Part shown: positions 30,564-41,075 of the stretch, piece by piece
Numbering within the stretch: position 1 is the first letter of the stretch
Layout of the letters: every line of letters begins with the position of its first letter
Source: Candidatus Eiseniibacteriota bacterium
GTDB taxonomy: Bacteria; Eisenbacteria; RBG-16-71-46
DNA length: 64,000 bases
Direction: 5' to 3'
Assembly: GCA_963725865.1 (NCBI GenBank)
Contig: CAVSAC010000012.1
Location: 800,001 to 864,000, forward strand
Made by a program: the position numbers and the translations under genes
The notes under the pieces: generated by a model
Told to the model about the DNA's origin: nothing
Databases searched by the model: none
The model's input: only the letters and a program-made list of their open reading frames with translations

Positions 30564-30590
30564 TTATCGGCGGTCTTGTGGCGCGGCTGA
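30564..30590 (-). promoter_or_regulatory. putative sigma28 (FliA/WhiG) promoter
   Basis: The minus strand reads TCAG-N15-GCCGATAA, with a perfect -10 box (consensus TAAA-N15-GCCGATAA), about 100 bp upstream of ATG 30465. Confidence 0.65.
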
Positions 30591-30785
30591 AGGAGGCGGC
30601 GCGGGCCCACGGAGAGCGGACTCCGACCGGACTGATGGAGCCGGGCAGGGTACGCGCCGCTTGCCGCAGAGGCAAGCGCGGACGGCTCCTCGCGAGCCGT
30701 CCGGCCGGATTGCTCCGCCGCCGGCACCTCCGTATGCTGCGCGGCCGACCGCCGGATGCCCCCACCGACCTGAGGACCGCACCCC

Positions 30786-31670
30786 ATGACGCGACCCGTC
30801 GCCACCGTCAACGTGGACGTCGATCCGGTCGACCTCCATCTCGACGGCTACGGCTTCCGCGGCCTCGCTCCCGACCCGCTCGCCTACACCGCGGCGCTGC
30901 CGCGCCTGCGCGAGCTCTTCTCGCGCACCGGCGTGCGTGCGACGCTGTTCATGGTGGCGCGCGACGCGGCCGCGCACGCCGCCGAGCTGCGCGAGCTGAT
31001 CGCCGAGGGGCACGAGGTGGCATGTCATTCCGCCACCCACCCGCTGGCGCTCACGCGCCTGCCCGCCGCCGCGCTCGAGCGCGAGACCGCTGGGGCGCGC
31101 GCGGCACTCGAGCAGGCGTGCGGGCGCCCGGTGGTGGGATTCCGCGCGCCCAACTTCGACATGGACGTGCCGACGCTCGCACGACTGGCCCGCGCGGGCT
31201 ACCGCTACGACGCATCGGGTTATCCGACGCCGCTGCTGGCCGCGGCGCGGCTGCTGCTGGCCTCGAAGAGCGGCGATCCGCGCGGCGTCATGCGGCTGAA
31301 GCTGTGGCCGTTCGACTGGGAGCGCCGGCCGCACCGCGTCGGTACGGGCGACGCGACGCTCGAGGAGTTCCCGGTCTCGGTCCACGGTCCGCTGCGCATG
31401 CCGGTCTATCACACGCCGCGCTACGTCATGCCCGCGTCGCAGTTCTTCGGCGCGCTCGACGCGCTCGCCGCGCGCCGGGAGCCACTGTCGTATCCGCTCC
31501 ACGCGGTGGACGCGCTGGGAATGGCCGAGGACCGCGTCGATCCACGGCTCTCGAAGCACCCCGGCATGAACCGCCCGCTCGCGGAGAAGCTCGCGCTGCT
31601 CGAAGAGACGCTGCGGGCGATCACCGCGCGTTTCGAGTCGCGCACGTTCCAGGAACGCCTCGCCCCCTGA
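30786..31670 (+). CDS. polysaccharide deacetylase (CE4)
   Basis: VDVD, RATLF, GHEVACHSATH, GFRAP, YRYDAS. Confidence 0.9.
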   Translation: MTRPVATVNVDVDPVDLHLDGYGFRGLAPDPLAYTAALPRLRELFSRTGVRATLFMVARDAAAHAAELRELIAEGHEVACHSATHPLALTRLPAAALERETAGARAALEQACGRPVVGFRAPNFDMDVPTLARLARAGYRYDASGYPTPLLAAARLLLASKSGDPRGVMRLKLWPFDWERRPHRVGTGDATLEEFPVSVHGPLRMPVYHTPRYVMPASQFFGALDALAARREPLSYPLHAVDALGMAEDRVDPRLSKHPGMNRPLAEKLALLEETLRAITARFESRTFQERLAP

Positions 31671-31746
31671 GCCGGACGCCCGGGAAGGGATCCGACCGGG
31701 CGGCGTACATCGGCTGCGCACGCCACTCAATTTCACGGAGGACGCC

Positions 31747-33105
31747 ATGCCCGCCTTTCGCCCGGTCCCCGCGTGCTCGCTGGGACTGCTGCTGCTGTGC
31801 CTCGCCGGCCCCGCCGCCTCCGGCCCGGCGCTCACCGTCTACTCACGCGACCTCGCACTGGTGCGCGAGCTGCGCACGTTCGAGCTGCGCGGCGCGCAGG
31901 ACACGGTGCGGTTCGACGACGTCGCCGAGCGGCTCGACTTCTCCTCGCTGCGGCTCGCGCCGCAGGGCGGCGCCCGGCTCGCACGCCTGGCCTATCGCTT
32001 CGACGTCGCGAGCGGCGATGGACTGCTGGAACGCTCGCGCGGCGCGCGCGTCCGCGTCTCCTCGCGCGGCGACCGGGTGACCGAGGGGGTGCTGCTGGCC
32101 GCGGACGGAAGCTGGCTGGTGGTGCGCGGCGACGACGGCGCGGTCGTCACGCTCGCGCGCGGCGCGGTCGAGGGCGTGCGGCTCGCGACCCCGCCCGGCG
32201 CGCTCGCGCTGCGCCCGGCGATCGAGGCGGTGTTCGAGGGCGGCGCGCGCGGCCGCACCACCGCCGAACTCTCGTACCTGACCGGCGGACTGTCGTGGAG
32301 CGCCGAGCACGTGCTGGTGCGGCGCGGCGAGAACTCCGGCAGCTGGTCCGCGACGGTGCAGGTGGAGAACACCACCGGTCGTGACTTCCAGGATGCCGAG
32401 CTCAAGCTGGTCGCCGGCGATCCGCGGCAGGACAGCGCGATGCCCGCGCCGGTGCCGCGCGTGGCGATGATGGCGATGGCCGAGGGCGGCACCGCAGCCG
32501 AGAAGCGCACGCTCCAGGAGCAGGGCTTCTCCGAGTACCACCTCTACGCGCTGCCCGCGCCCGCCACGTTGCGCGACCGCGAGAGCCAGAGCCTCGTGAT
32601 GCTGGAGCCGCGCGACGTGAAGCTGACGCCCCGCTACCTGTTCCGCGGCGACACGGGGCCGGGCGTGCGCGTGCAGCTCGAGCTGCGCAACACGCGGGAG
32701 AACGGGCTCGGCGTGCCGCTGCCGGGCGGACGCGTGCGCACCTACGAGGCCGACGCCGCGGGCGCGCTGCAGTTCGCGGGCGAGACCACGATCGGGCACG
32801 TCGCCGAGGGCGAGAAGCTCACGCTCGACGTGGGCCGCGCGTTCGACCTGGTGGCCGAGCGCACGCAGAAGGCCGACAAGCGCATCTCGGACCGCGAGCG
32901 CGAGCAGACCGTCGAGATCGCGCTGCGCGACCGCAAGAAGACCGCGGTCACCATCGTGGTCGAGGAGGGCCTCTCGGGCGACTGGGAGATCCTCGCCAGC
33001 AGCCTGCCGTGGACCCGCAAGGACGCGAACACCGTGCGCTTCGAGGTGCCGGTCGCCGCGGGCCAGGCGGTGGCCCTCACGTACACGGCCCGCGTGCGCT
33101 GGTAG
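31747..33105 (+). CDS. DUF4139/DUF4140-like secreted protein
   Basis: Signal peptide; LTVYSRDLALVRE, LSYLTGGLSWSAE, EYHLY, LGVPLPGGRVR. Confidence 0.8.
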   Translation: MPAFRPVPACSLGLLLLCLAGPAASGPALTVYSRDLALVRELRTFELRGAQDTVRFDDVAERLDFSSLRLAPQGGARLARLAYRFDVASGDGLLERSRGARVRVSSRGDRVTEGVLLAADGSWLVVRGDDGAVVTLARGAVEGVRLATPPGALALRPAIEAVFEGGARGRTTAELSYLTGGLSWSAEHVLVRRGENSGSWSATVQVENTTGRDFQDAELKLVAGDPRQDSAMPAPVPRVAMMAMAEGGTAAEKRTLQEQGFSEYHLYALPAPATLRDRESQSLVMLEPRDVKLTPRYLFRGDTGPGVRVQLELRNTRENGLGVPLPGGRVRTYEADAAGALQFAGETTIGHVAEGEKLTLDVGRAFDLVAERTQKADKRISDREREQTVEIALRDRKKTAVTIVVEEGLSGDWEILASSLPWTRKDANTVRFEVPVAAGQAVALTYTARVRW

Positions 33106-33183
33106 CGCTCGACGCGCTCGGCGCGGTTCGGTCGCGGCGGGCGCGGTCGTCCCGCGGGTCCGCGCGCGGGCGCGGTCAGCGCC

Positions 33184-35487
33184 TCACTGGGTCGGCGAGG
33201 CGAGCGGCTCCGGCGGTGCCCAGCGGCGCCGCATGGTCGCGAGCAGCGCCTGGAACTCGGGGGTCGGGCGCAGCGGGTCGAACTCGGGAATGGTCTGGAC
33301 CTCGGGGTCGCAGTAGCCGAGGCGCACCGCCTCGCGCAGCAGCCGCATCGCGCCGGCGCGATCTCCGACCAGGGCGTGGTAGCGCGCGAGCGTGAAGTCC
33401 CCCCAGTCGCTCGGGGGCGCGGCCTCGGCCAGCTTCAGCTGCGCCTCGGCGTCCTCGATGCGCCCGGCGCGCCGCAGGATCAGCGCGCCGAGCGCGAGAT
33501 TCATGCCCACCGGCTGGCGGTGGCAGGCCATCTCGATGTACGGGACCGCCTCCGTCCAGCGCCCCGCCCGCGCCAGGCATTGGGCCATGCAGGCGACGGT
33601 GTAGCTGGCGTCGGGGTCGAGGGCGATCGCCTGACGCGCGCGCACGAGCCCCTCCTCGGAATGCCCCGCGACCCCGAGGGCGTCCGCGTGGATCACCAGC
33701 GTGATCACGTTGGTCGGGTCGAGGCGCGACGCCTCGTCGAGGTCGGCGAGCGCGGCGCCGGGGCGGTCGAGGTCGCGGAGCGCCTGCCCGCGCAGACTCA
33801 GCAGGAAACCGCGCGCCGCGGGCGTGAGGTCGTCGCGCGCGAGCGCCACCCCGAAGCAGCGCTCGGCCTCCACGACGTGGCCATCGCGATGCGCCAGCAG
33901 ACCCTCGAACGCTTCCGCCCACGGGTCGGCGGGATCGAGCTCGCGCACCCGCCCCAATTCCTCGCGGAGCAGCCGGCGGTCCACGAGGTCCTGCCGCAGC
34001 GTCCAGTCCTTGCCGAGCAACGCGTACGCGCGCAGCACGTGGGCCTCCGATTCGCGCGGGAACGCCTTCACCAGCTCCGCGCTCCACCGCAGCCCGGCCG
34101 CGGTGTCGCTGCGGCGCAGCGCGCCGAGCGTGGCGCTCGCGATCGGCGAACGGCCGAGCGCCTCGCTGCGCAGCGAATACAGGTAGTAGTCGTAGAGCTT
34201 CGTCGGGGGGGCGTGGAGCGCCCGCGCGATCTCGTTCGCGACCGCGCTCGCCAGGTACGGAAGCTGGCGGTCGTCGGCGTCCCGGTCGCCGGACCAGAGC
34301 ACGCGTCCACTGCGCGACTCGAGCACGCTCACGCGGGCGTGGTTCATGCCGTGTTCGCGCACCAGTCGACCGCCCACCACCAGGTCGGCACCCCGTCCGA
34401 CGCTTTCCGCGCCCGCCAGCACGCGCAGGTTGGTGACCCGGGTGAGTCCGACCGCGACCGCCTGCGAGAACGCGCGGCCCACGTAGGCGTCGCTGCGCTG
34501 GCCGCCGCTCACCTCGATCGGCGACACCGCGATCGAGCGGGGGGCGGCAGCCGGGCCGGGTGCGCGGTCCGGCCGGGCCAGCACGAACCAGGTCGCGAGC
34601 GCGGCCAGCAGCGCGGCGGCCGCGGCGGTGATCCACAGCGCGCGCAGGCGGGGCGCCGGGCGGGTGGGGCCGTCGAGCGCCTGGGCGATGCGCGCCAGGT
34701 CCGCGTGCAGGGTGGCCGCGTCGCGCGGGCGCAGGTCGGGATCGCGCTCGACGCACTGCGCGAGCACCCGCTCGAGCGGGGTGGGCGGCGCCACCTGCGA
34801 CGGGTCGGACGCCGGCCTGGCGCCCGCGCGCATGCGGACCAGCGCCGCCTGCGGTTCCTCGTCGGCGCGTGGCGGCTCGCCGGTAAGCGCCTCGATGAGC
34901 ACCACGCCCAGCGAATAGAGATCGCAGCGGCCGTCGCTCGTCCGGCCGCTCGCCTGCTCGGGGCACATGTACTCCGGGGTGCCCCAGACCAGGCCCTCGG
35001 GCTCCCCGCCGCCGCCGCCCCGCAGCGAGGCGATGCCGAAGTCGGCGAGCCGCACGTGACCGTCCTCGGTGATGAGGATGTTCTCGGGCTTGATGTCGCG
35101 GTGCACGACCCCGCGGCCGTGGGCCTGCGCGAGCGCGCCGGCGAGCGAGGCACCGATGTGGGCCACCTCGGGCGCGGCGAGCGGCCCCAGCGACAGCACC
35201 TCCGCGAGCGTCTCGCCGTCGACGTATTCCATGACGAGGAACGTGGTGTCGTCCGCGTTCTCGAGCGCGAACACGCGCGCGATGTGCGGATGCGAGAGCG
35301 CCGCCAGCGAGCGGGCTTCGCGCTCCAGTCGCGCGCGCGCCGCGTCGTCCTCGGTTTCGGGCAGCGCGAGGAACTTGAGCACCACGCGGCGTCCGAGGCG
35401 GGTGTCCTCCGCCAGGAACACCTCGCCCATCGCGCCGGCGCCAAGCCGCTCGAGGATCTGGTAATGGAGGATGCGTCGAGTGGGCAT
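33184..35487 (-). CDS. Hanks-type Ser/Thr protein kinase with TM segment and TPR repeats
   Basis: LGAGAMGEV, VVLK, HRDIKPEN, DFG, GTPEYMCPEQ; C-terminal TPRs. Confidence 0.92.
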   Translation of the reverse strand: MPTRRILHYQILERLGAGAMGEVFLAEDTRLGRRVVLKFLALPETEDDAARARLEREARSLAALSHPHIARVFALENADDTTFLVMEYVDGETLAEVLSLGPLAAPEVAHIGASLAGALAQAHGRGVVHRDIKPENILITEDGHVRLADFGIASLRGGGGGEPEGLVWGTPEYMCPEQASGRTSDGRCDLYSLGVVLIEALTGEPPRADEEPQAALVRMRAGARPASDPSQVAPPTPLERVLAQCVERDPDLRPRDAATLHADLARIAQALDGPTRPAPRLRALWITAAAAALLAALATWFVLARPDRAPGPAAAPRSIAVSPIEVSGGQRSDAYVGRAFSQAVAVGLTRVTNLRVLAGAESVGRGADLVVGGRLVREHGMNHARVSVLESRSGRVLWSGDRDADDRQLPYLASAVANEIARALHAPPTKLYDYYLYSLRSEALGRSPIASATLGALRRSDTAAGLRWSAELVKAFPRESEAHVLRAYALLGKDWTLRQDLVDRRLLREELGRVRELDPADPWAEAFEGLLAHRDGHVVEAERCFGVALARDDLTPAARGFLLSLRGQALRDLDRPGAALADLDEASRLDPTNVITLVIHADALGVAGHSEEGLVRARQAIALDPDASYTVACMAQCLARAGRWTEAVPYIEMACHRQPVGMNLALGALILRRAGRIEDAEAQLKLAEAAPPSDWGDFTLARYHALVGDRAGAMRLLREAVRLGYCDPEVQTIPEFDPLRPTPEFQALLATMRRRWAPPEPLASPTQ

Positions 35488-35637
35488 GCGGTCATGGTAG
35501 GGGAGCGGCGCGCGGGAGCGGAACCTGGAAACCGGACCCCGCCGGCCCGGCCGCGTGCTCCCCCGCCGGGCCCCGCGCTGCGCGCGGCCGCGGGCGCCCT
35601 CGACCGGCTGCCGCGCCTCGGGTAGCATCGCCCGTCC

Positions 35638-37740
35638 ATGGCGTACACCCTCCGAGCCCCTTATCCGCCGCGTGGCGACCAGCCCGAAGCCATCGCAGCC
35701 CTCGTCGAGGGGCTGCGCCGCGGCGACCGCCGCCAGGTCCTGCTGGGCGTGACCGGCTCGGGCAAGACATTCACCATCGCGAACGTGATCGCCCAGTGGG
35801 GGCGCCCGGCGCTGGTGATCTCCCACAACAAGACCCTCGCGGCGCAGCTCTACGGGGAGTTCCGGCAGTTCTTCCCCGAGGACCCGGTCGGCTACTTCAT
35901 CTCGTACTACGACTACTACCAGCCCGAGGCGTACGTGCCGTCGACCAACACGTACATCGCCAAGGACGCCAGCATCAACGACGACATCGACCGCCTGCGG
36001 CTGCAGGCCACCTCGATGCTGCTGGAGAACGACCAGGCGGTGGTGGTCGCGAGCGTGTCGTGCATCTACGGCCTCGGCACGCCCGCCGACTGGAAGCACC
36101 TGCGGGTCGACCTCGCGACCCATGAGCCGATGCGGCGCAAGGAGCTGCTCGAGCGGCTGATCGCGATCCAGTACCAGCGCAACGACATCGAGGTCGGGCG
36201 CGGCCGCTTCCGCGTGCGCGGCGACGTGATCGAGGTGCATCCGGCCTACGACGACGTGCTGGTGCGCATCGAGCTCGAGGACGACGTGGTGCGGCGGCTC
36301 TCGGCGGTGGACCCGGTGACCGGGCAGGTGAGGCGCCGCATGGAGCGCCTCGCGCTGTACCCGGCCAAGCACTTCGTCACGCCCGAACCGCGCATGCAGG
36401 CGGCCCTCGAGAGCATCCGCGCGGAGCTGCAGGAGCAGCTCGTGCGCTTCCGCGCCGCGGGCAAGCTGCTCGAGGCCCAGCGGCTCCAGCAGCGCACCGA
36501 GTACGACCTCGAGCTGCTGGCGGCGACCGGCACCTGCCCGGGGGTCGAGAACTATTCGCGCCACCTCTCGGGGCGCGCGCCGGGGGAGCGGCCGGGCTGC
36601 CTGCTCGACTACTTCCCCGCGGACTTCCTGATCGTGATCGACGAGTCGCACGTCACGTTGCCGCAGGTGGGCGGCATGTTCGAGGGCGACCGCTCGCGCA
36701 AGCAGACGCTGGTGGAGTTCGGCTTCCGCCTGCCGTCGGCGCTCGACAACCGCCCGCTGCGGTTCGACGAGTTCCAGACGATGGCGCAGCGGATGATCTT
36801 CGTGTCCGCCACGCCGGCCGACCTGGAGCTGCGCGAGACGCAGGGCGTCGTCGTGGAGCAGATCATCCGGCCGACCGGGCTGGTGGATCCCATCCTCCAG
36901 GTCCGGCCGGTGGCCGGCCAGGTGGACGACCTGCTCGGCGAGATCCGCCAGCGCGTCGCCGCGCGCGAGCGCGTGCTGGTCACCACGCTCACCAAGCGCA
37001 TGTCGGAGGATCTCACCGACTACCTGAACGAGGCCGGCGTGCGCGTGCGCTACCTGCACAGCGACATCGACGCGCTGGAGCGGGTCGAGATCCTGCGCGG
37101 CCTGCGGCTCGCCGAGTTCGACGTGCTGGTCGGGATCAACCTGCTGCGCGAGGGGCTCGACCTGCCCGAGGTGTCGCTGGTCGCGATCCTGGACGCCGAC
37201 AAGGAGGGCTTCCTGCGCAGCGAGCGCTCGCTGATCCAGACCGCGGGACGGGCGGCGCGCAACCTGAACGGCACCGTGATCCTCTACGCCGACACGGTCA
37301 CCGACTCGATGCGGCGGGCGCTCGAGGAGACCGCGCGACGCCGTACCCGCCAGCTCGCGTACAATGTCGCCCACGACATCACCCCGCGCTCGGTCGAGAA
37401 GAGCGTGGAGGACGTGATGCGCTCGACGTCGGTGGCGGACGCCATCGGCGCGAGCGCCGAGGAGGACGTGCGGGGCCTGATCGGCGCGGCCGAGGCCGAG
37501 GACGTGCAGGTGCTGCTCGCCCGGCTGGAGGAGGAGATGCTGGCCGCCGCCAGGAAGCTCGAGTTCGAGCGCGCGGCCTCGCTGCGCGACCGCGCCGACG
37601 AGGTGCGCGCCACGCTCGCGGGGGCGGCCGCGATGGGGATCACCGGCACCCCGCGGCGCCCGACCGGGCGCGGAGGCCGCGATGGACGGCCGCGCACCGA
37701 GCCCCGCCGCGTCGCTCGCCGCTTCGGACCGGATCGCTGA
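35638..37740 (+). CDS. uvrB: excinuclease ABC subunit B
   Basis: GVTGSGKT, YYDYYQPEAY, DESH, QTAGRAARN, C-terminal UVR domain. Confidence 0.98.
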   Translation: MAYTLRAPYPPRGDQPEAIAALVEGLRRGDRRQVLLGVTGSGKTFTIANVIAQWGRPALVISHNKTLAAQLYGEFRQFFPEDPVGYFISYYDYYQPEAYVPSTNTYIAKDASINDDIDRLRLQATSMLLENDQAVVVASVSCIYGLGTPADWKHLRVDLATHEPMRRKELLERLIAIQYQRNDIEVGRGRFRVRGDVIEVHPAYDDVLVRIELEDDVVRRLSAVDPVTGQVRRRMERLALYPAKHFVTPEPRMQAALESIRAELQEQLVRFRAAGKLLEAQRLQQRTEYDLELLAATGTCPGVENYSRHLSGRAPGERPGCLLDYFPADFLIVIDESHVTLPQVGGMFEGDRSRKQTLVEFGFRLPSALDNRPLRFDEFQTMAQRMIFVSATPADLELRETQGVVVEQIIRPTGLVDPILQVRPVAGQVDDLLGEIRQRVAARERVLVTTLTKRMSEDLTDYLNEAGVRVRYLHSDIDALERVEILRGLRLAEFDVLVGINLLREGLDLPEVSLVAILDADKEGFLRSERSLIQTAGRAARNLNGTVILYADTVTDSMRRALEETARRRTRQLAYNVAHDITPRSVEKSVEDVMRSTSVADAIGASAEEDVRGLIGAAEAEDVQVLLARLEEEMLAAARKLEFERAASLRDRADEVRATLAGAAAMGITGTPRRPTGRGGRDGRPRTEPRRVARRFGPDR

Positions 37741-37742
37741 CC

Positions 37743-38636
37743 ATGCTCGAAGCCGTCGCGCTTCCCATCGTCCGCTACGCGCTGTCCGAGGACATCGGCA
37801 CCGGCGACATCACCACGCTGAACGCCGTGAAGTCGGGCGTGAACGCCCGCGCCGTGATGGTCGCCAAGGAGGCCGGCGTGCTCGCCGGGCTCGACGTCGC
37901 GCGCCTGACGTTCCGCGAGGCGGATCCGACGCTCAAGTTCCGCTCGCTCGCGCACGACGGCGATGCGCTCACGCCCGGCGTGGCGGTCGCGCAGATCACC
38001 GGCGACGTCGGCGGCGTGCTCAAGGGCGAGCGCACGGCGCTCAACTTCCTCCAGCACCTGTGCGGGGTCGCCACCCTGACGCGCCGCTACGTCGACGAGG
38101 TGCGCGGCACCGGCGCGACCATCCTCGACACCCGCAAGACCACCCCGGGGCTCCGCTTCCTCGAGAAGTACGCGGTCAAGTGCGGCGGCGGCGAGAACCA
38201 CCGGCTCGCGCTCTGGGACATGTACCTGGTCAAGGACAACCACATCCGCGCGGCCGGCGGGATCACGCAGGCGCTCGAGCGCATCCTGCGCACGCGCCAG
38301 GGCGACCTGCTGCTCGAGGTCGAGGTGGAGTCGCTCGACCAGCTGCGCGAGGCGCTGCGTCCCGAGGTGGATCGCATCCTGGTGGACAACCGCCCGCCCG
38401 CCGAGCTGCGCCGCGCGGTCGAGGAGGTCGACCGCTGGTGCGCCGCGCACCCGCCCGACAGCCCGCGCATGCTGACCGGCGCCCGGCGCTGGCCCCAGAT
38501 CGAGGCCTCCGGCGGGATCCACCTGGACACCGCGCGCGTCTACGCCGAGACCGGCGTGGACTTCCTCTCGGTCGGCGCGCTGACGCACTCGGCGCCGGCG
38601 CTCGACCTCAGCCTGGAGATCGAGGAGATTGGCTGA
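37743..38636 (+). CDS. nadC: quinolinate phosphoribosyltransferase
   Basis: EDIGTGDITT, ERTALN, DTRKTTPG, KDNH, EASGG. Confidence 0.96.
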   Translation: MLEAVALPIVRYALSEDIGTGDITTLNAVKSGVNARAVMVAKEAGVLAGLDVARLTFREADPTLKFRSLAHDGDALTPGVAVAQITGDVGGVLKGERTALNFLQHLCGVATLTRRYVDEVRGTGATILDTRKTTPGLRFLEKYAVKCGGGENHRLALWDMYLVKDNHIRAAGGITQALERILRTRQGDLLLEVEVESLDQLREALRPEVDRILVDNRPPAELRRAVEEVDRWCAAHPPDSPRMLTGARRWPQIEASGGIHLDTARVYAETGVDFLSVGALTHSAPALDLSLEIEEIG

Positions 38637-39456
38637 CCCGACCTTCGACCGCGCGGCGTTCCTCGCGCGGCTCACGACCCGGCGCCTCGGGCGCACGCTG
38701 GTCGCGCGAGCGGCGGTGGAGTCCACGAACGACGTGGCGTGGGAGGCGCTCGCCGCGGGAATGCCCGACGGCACCGTGGTGGTGGCCGACGCGCAGACGC
38801 GCGGCCGCGGCCGCGACGGGCGCGGGTGGCACACCGCGCCCGGCCGCGGGCTGGCGCTGTCGGCGCTGCTCCATCTCGGTTGCGACGTCGGCGGCGCGAC
38901 CACGCTGCCCCTGGTGGCGGGACTGGCGCTCGCCGAGGCGCTCGAGGGGCTCGGCGTCCCGGCGCGGCTCAAGTGGCCGAACGACCTGCTGCTGGGCCAG
39001 CGCAAGCTGGCGGGCATCCTGGTCGAGAGTCGCCGCGCGCCCCACGCGCTGCGCGAACGACTGCCGGGCGATGTCGCGGTGGTGGGGGTGGGCGTGAACG
39101 TCGCGCAACGCGCGGAGGACTTTCCGCCCGAGCTGGCCCGGCTCGCCACCTCGCTCGCGCTCGCGGGGCACGCGCTCGCGCGCGAGGTGGTGGCGGCCGC
39201 GTTCCTGTCGCGGCTCGAGCCGCTGTGGGACGCGCACGCCGAGGGCGGGCGCGCGGAGCTGCTCGAGCGCTGGCGGGCGCGCGCCACGTTCTGGGGCCAG
39301 CCGGTGACCGTGCGCACGCCCGCGGGTCCGCTGCACGGCACCGCGCGCACGCTCGACGAGGACGGCGCGCTCGTGATCGCGCTCGCCGACGGCGGGCAGG
39401 CCCGCGTGGTGGCCGGCGACCTCGAGGTCGCCTGGCCCGCGGAGCGCGAGCGATGA
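38629..39456 (+). CDS. birA: biotin--[acetyl-CoA carboxylase] ligase (no HTH)
   Basis: STND, QTRGRGRDGRGW, KWPND, KLAGIL, GVGVN. Confidence 0.93.
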   Translation: MADPTFDRAAFLARLTTRRLGRTLVARAAVESTNDVAWEALAAGMPDGTVVVADAQTRGRGRDGRGWHTAPGRGLALSALLHLGCDVGGATTLPLVAGLALAEALEGLGVPARLKWPNDLLLGQRKLAGILVESRRAPHALRERLPGDVAVVGVGVNVAQRAEDFPPELARLATSLALAGHALAREVVAAAFLSRLEPLWDAHAEGGRAELLERWRARATFWGQPVTVRTPAGPLHGTARTLDEDGALVIALADGGQARVVAGDLEVAWPAERER

Positions 39457-40241
39457 GCGAGTTCCCGCACCTCCCGCCGCCCGAGCCGGGCCAGTACCCG
39501 CCGGTGGTCGATCCGCGGCAGAGCGGCGAGATGCCGTTCTTCTCGCACCTCGAGGAGCTGCGCAAGGTGCTGCTCCACTCGCTGGCCGGCGCGATCGTCG
39601 GCGCGCTGGCCGGCTGGTGGATCGCGCCGCGCGTGCTCGAGGACGTGATCCATCGCACCGTGAAGGAGGCGGTGGTGCTGTCGCCGCTCGAGGCGTTCAA
39701 CGAGCGGATCAAGCTCACGCTCATCCTCGGCGTGGTGGTGGCGGCGCCGTACGTGTTCTACCAGATCTGGTCGTTCGTCGCGCCGGGGCTGTTCCGCCGC
39801 GAGCGGCGCTGGATCCTGCCGATGGCGATGGCGTCGCTGGCGCTGTTCGGGCTCGGCGTGTGGGCGGCGTACGGCTACGTCGTGCCGCTGGTGGTCGAGG
39901 TGCTGTCCGGCTTCATGACCCCGAACATGAAGGGCATGATCCGGCTCGGCGAGCTGACCTCGTTCGTGTACAACATGGCGCTCGCGTGCGGGCTCGTGTT
40001 CCAGCTGCCGCTGGTGCTGATGACGCTGACCGCGATCGGCATGGTGACGCCGCGATTCCTGCTCCAGCAGTGGCGGGTGGCGATCGTGCTCACGTTCCTG
40101 GTCACCGCGATCATCACGCCCGGCGACGTGGTGACCGCGCAGCTCGTCATGGGCGTGCCGATGGTCGGGCTGTACTTCCTGAGCGTCGGCCTGTCGTGGT
40201 TCGTGTGGCGCCGCCGGCAGCGGCCGCGCCCGGCGGACTAG
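39453..40241 (+). CDS. tatC: twin-arginine translocase subunit TatC
   Basis: MPFFSHLEELR, YQIWSFVAPGL, FQLP, IITPGD. Confidence 0.95.
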   Translation: MSEFPHLPPPEPGQYPPVVDPRQSGEMPFFSHLEELRKVLLHSLAGAIVGALAGWWIAPRVLEDVIHRTVKEAVVLSPLEAFNERIKLTLILGVVVAAPYVFYQIWSFVAPGLFRRERRWILPMAMASLALFGLGVWAAYGYVVPLVVEVLSGFMTPNMKGMIRLGELTSFVYNMALACGLVFQLPLVLMTLTAIGMVTPRFLLQQWRVAIVLTFLVTAIITPGDVVTAQLVMGVPMVGLYFLSVGLSWFVWRRRQRPRPAD

Positions 40242-40253
40242 GAGGAGGCGAGG

Positions 40254-41075
40254 GTGCCGGATCTCAAGCGCAAGCGGCCCGCGAAGCCTGGGCGCGCCCG
40301 CGGGCGGGCCGAGGCGTGCGTCATCGCGGTGGACATCGGCAACAGCGATACCGTCGTCGGTCATTTCCGCGGAGACGCGCTCGAGCACCTGTGGCGCCTC
40401 ACCAGCGGCCGCATGACCGCGGACGAGGCGCTCATCGCGCTCGACCTGTTGCTCCAGCGCCGCGACGCGGCCACCCCGCCGACCGGCGCGGTGCTGTGCT
40501 CGGTGGTGCCGCCGCTCACGCTCGCGTGGGCGGAGGCGCTCGAGCGGCGCTCCGGCCGGCCGCCGTTCGAGGTGAGCGCGGCCACCGTCACCTCGCTCGT
40601 GATCCGTTACCACGACCCGTCGGCGGTCGGCGCCGACCGCATCGCGAACGCGGTCGCGGCGCGCGCCATCTACGGCACGCCCGCGATCGTGGTGGACCTC
40701 GGCACCGCCACTACGTTCGACTGCATCTCGCGGGCGGGCGCCTATCTGGGCGGCGCGATCGCGCCCGGTGTCGGCACCTCGGCCGAGGAGCTGTTCCGCA
40801 AGGCCGCGCGGCTGCCGCGCGTGGAGCTGCGGCGGCCCGCGCGGGCGCTGGGCCGCACCACCGAGGAGTCACTGCGGGCCGGCGTGCTGTGGGGCGCCGC
40901 GGGCCAGATCGACGCGCTGGTGCGCCGGCTGGCGCTCGAGATGCGGGGCACACCGCACGTGATCGCCACCGGCGGCTGGGCGAAGGCGCTGGCGCCGGAG
41001 TGCGAGACGGTCAACGTGGTGGACGAGGGGCTGACGCTGAAGGGCATGCGCATCCTGTGGGAGGAGGCACGATGA
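40254..41075 (+). CDS. coaX: type III pantothenate kinase
   Basis: DIGNS, SVVP, GADR, DLGTATT, GGAIAPG, ATGG. Confidence 0.95.
   Translation: MPDLKRKRPAKPGRARGRAEACVIAVDIGNSDTVVGHFRGDALEHLWRLTSGRMTADEALIALDLLLQRRDAATPPTGAVLCSVVPPLTLAWAEALERRSGRPPFEVSAATVTSLVIRYHDPSAVGADRIANAVAARAIYGTPAIVVDLGTATTFDCISRAGAYLGGAIAPGVGTSAEELFRKAARLPRVELRRPARALGRTTEESLRAGVLWGAAGQIDALVRRLALEMRGTPHVIATGGWAKALAPECETVNVVDEGLTLKGMRILWEEAR

Noticed and set aside
33184..37374. 1396-aa ORF
   Set aside because: The first ~630 aa is the antisense shadow of uvrB; the kinase starts at 35487.
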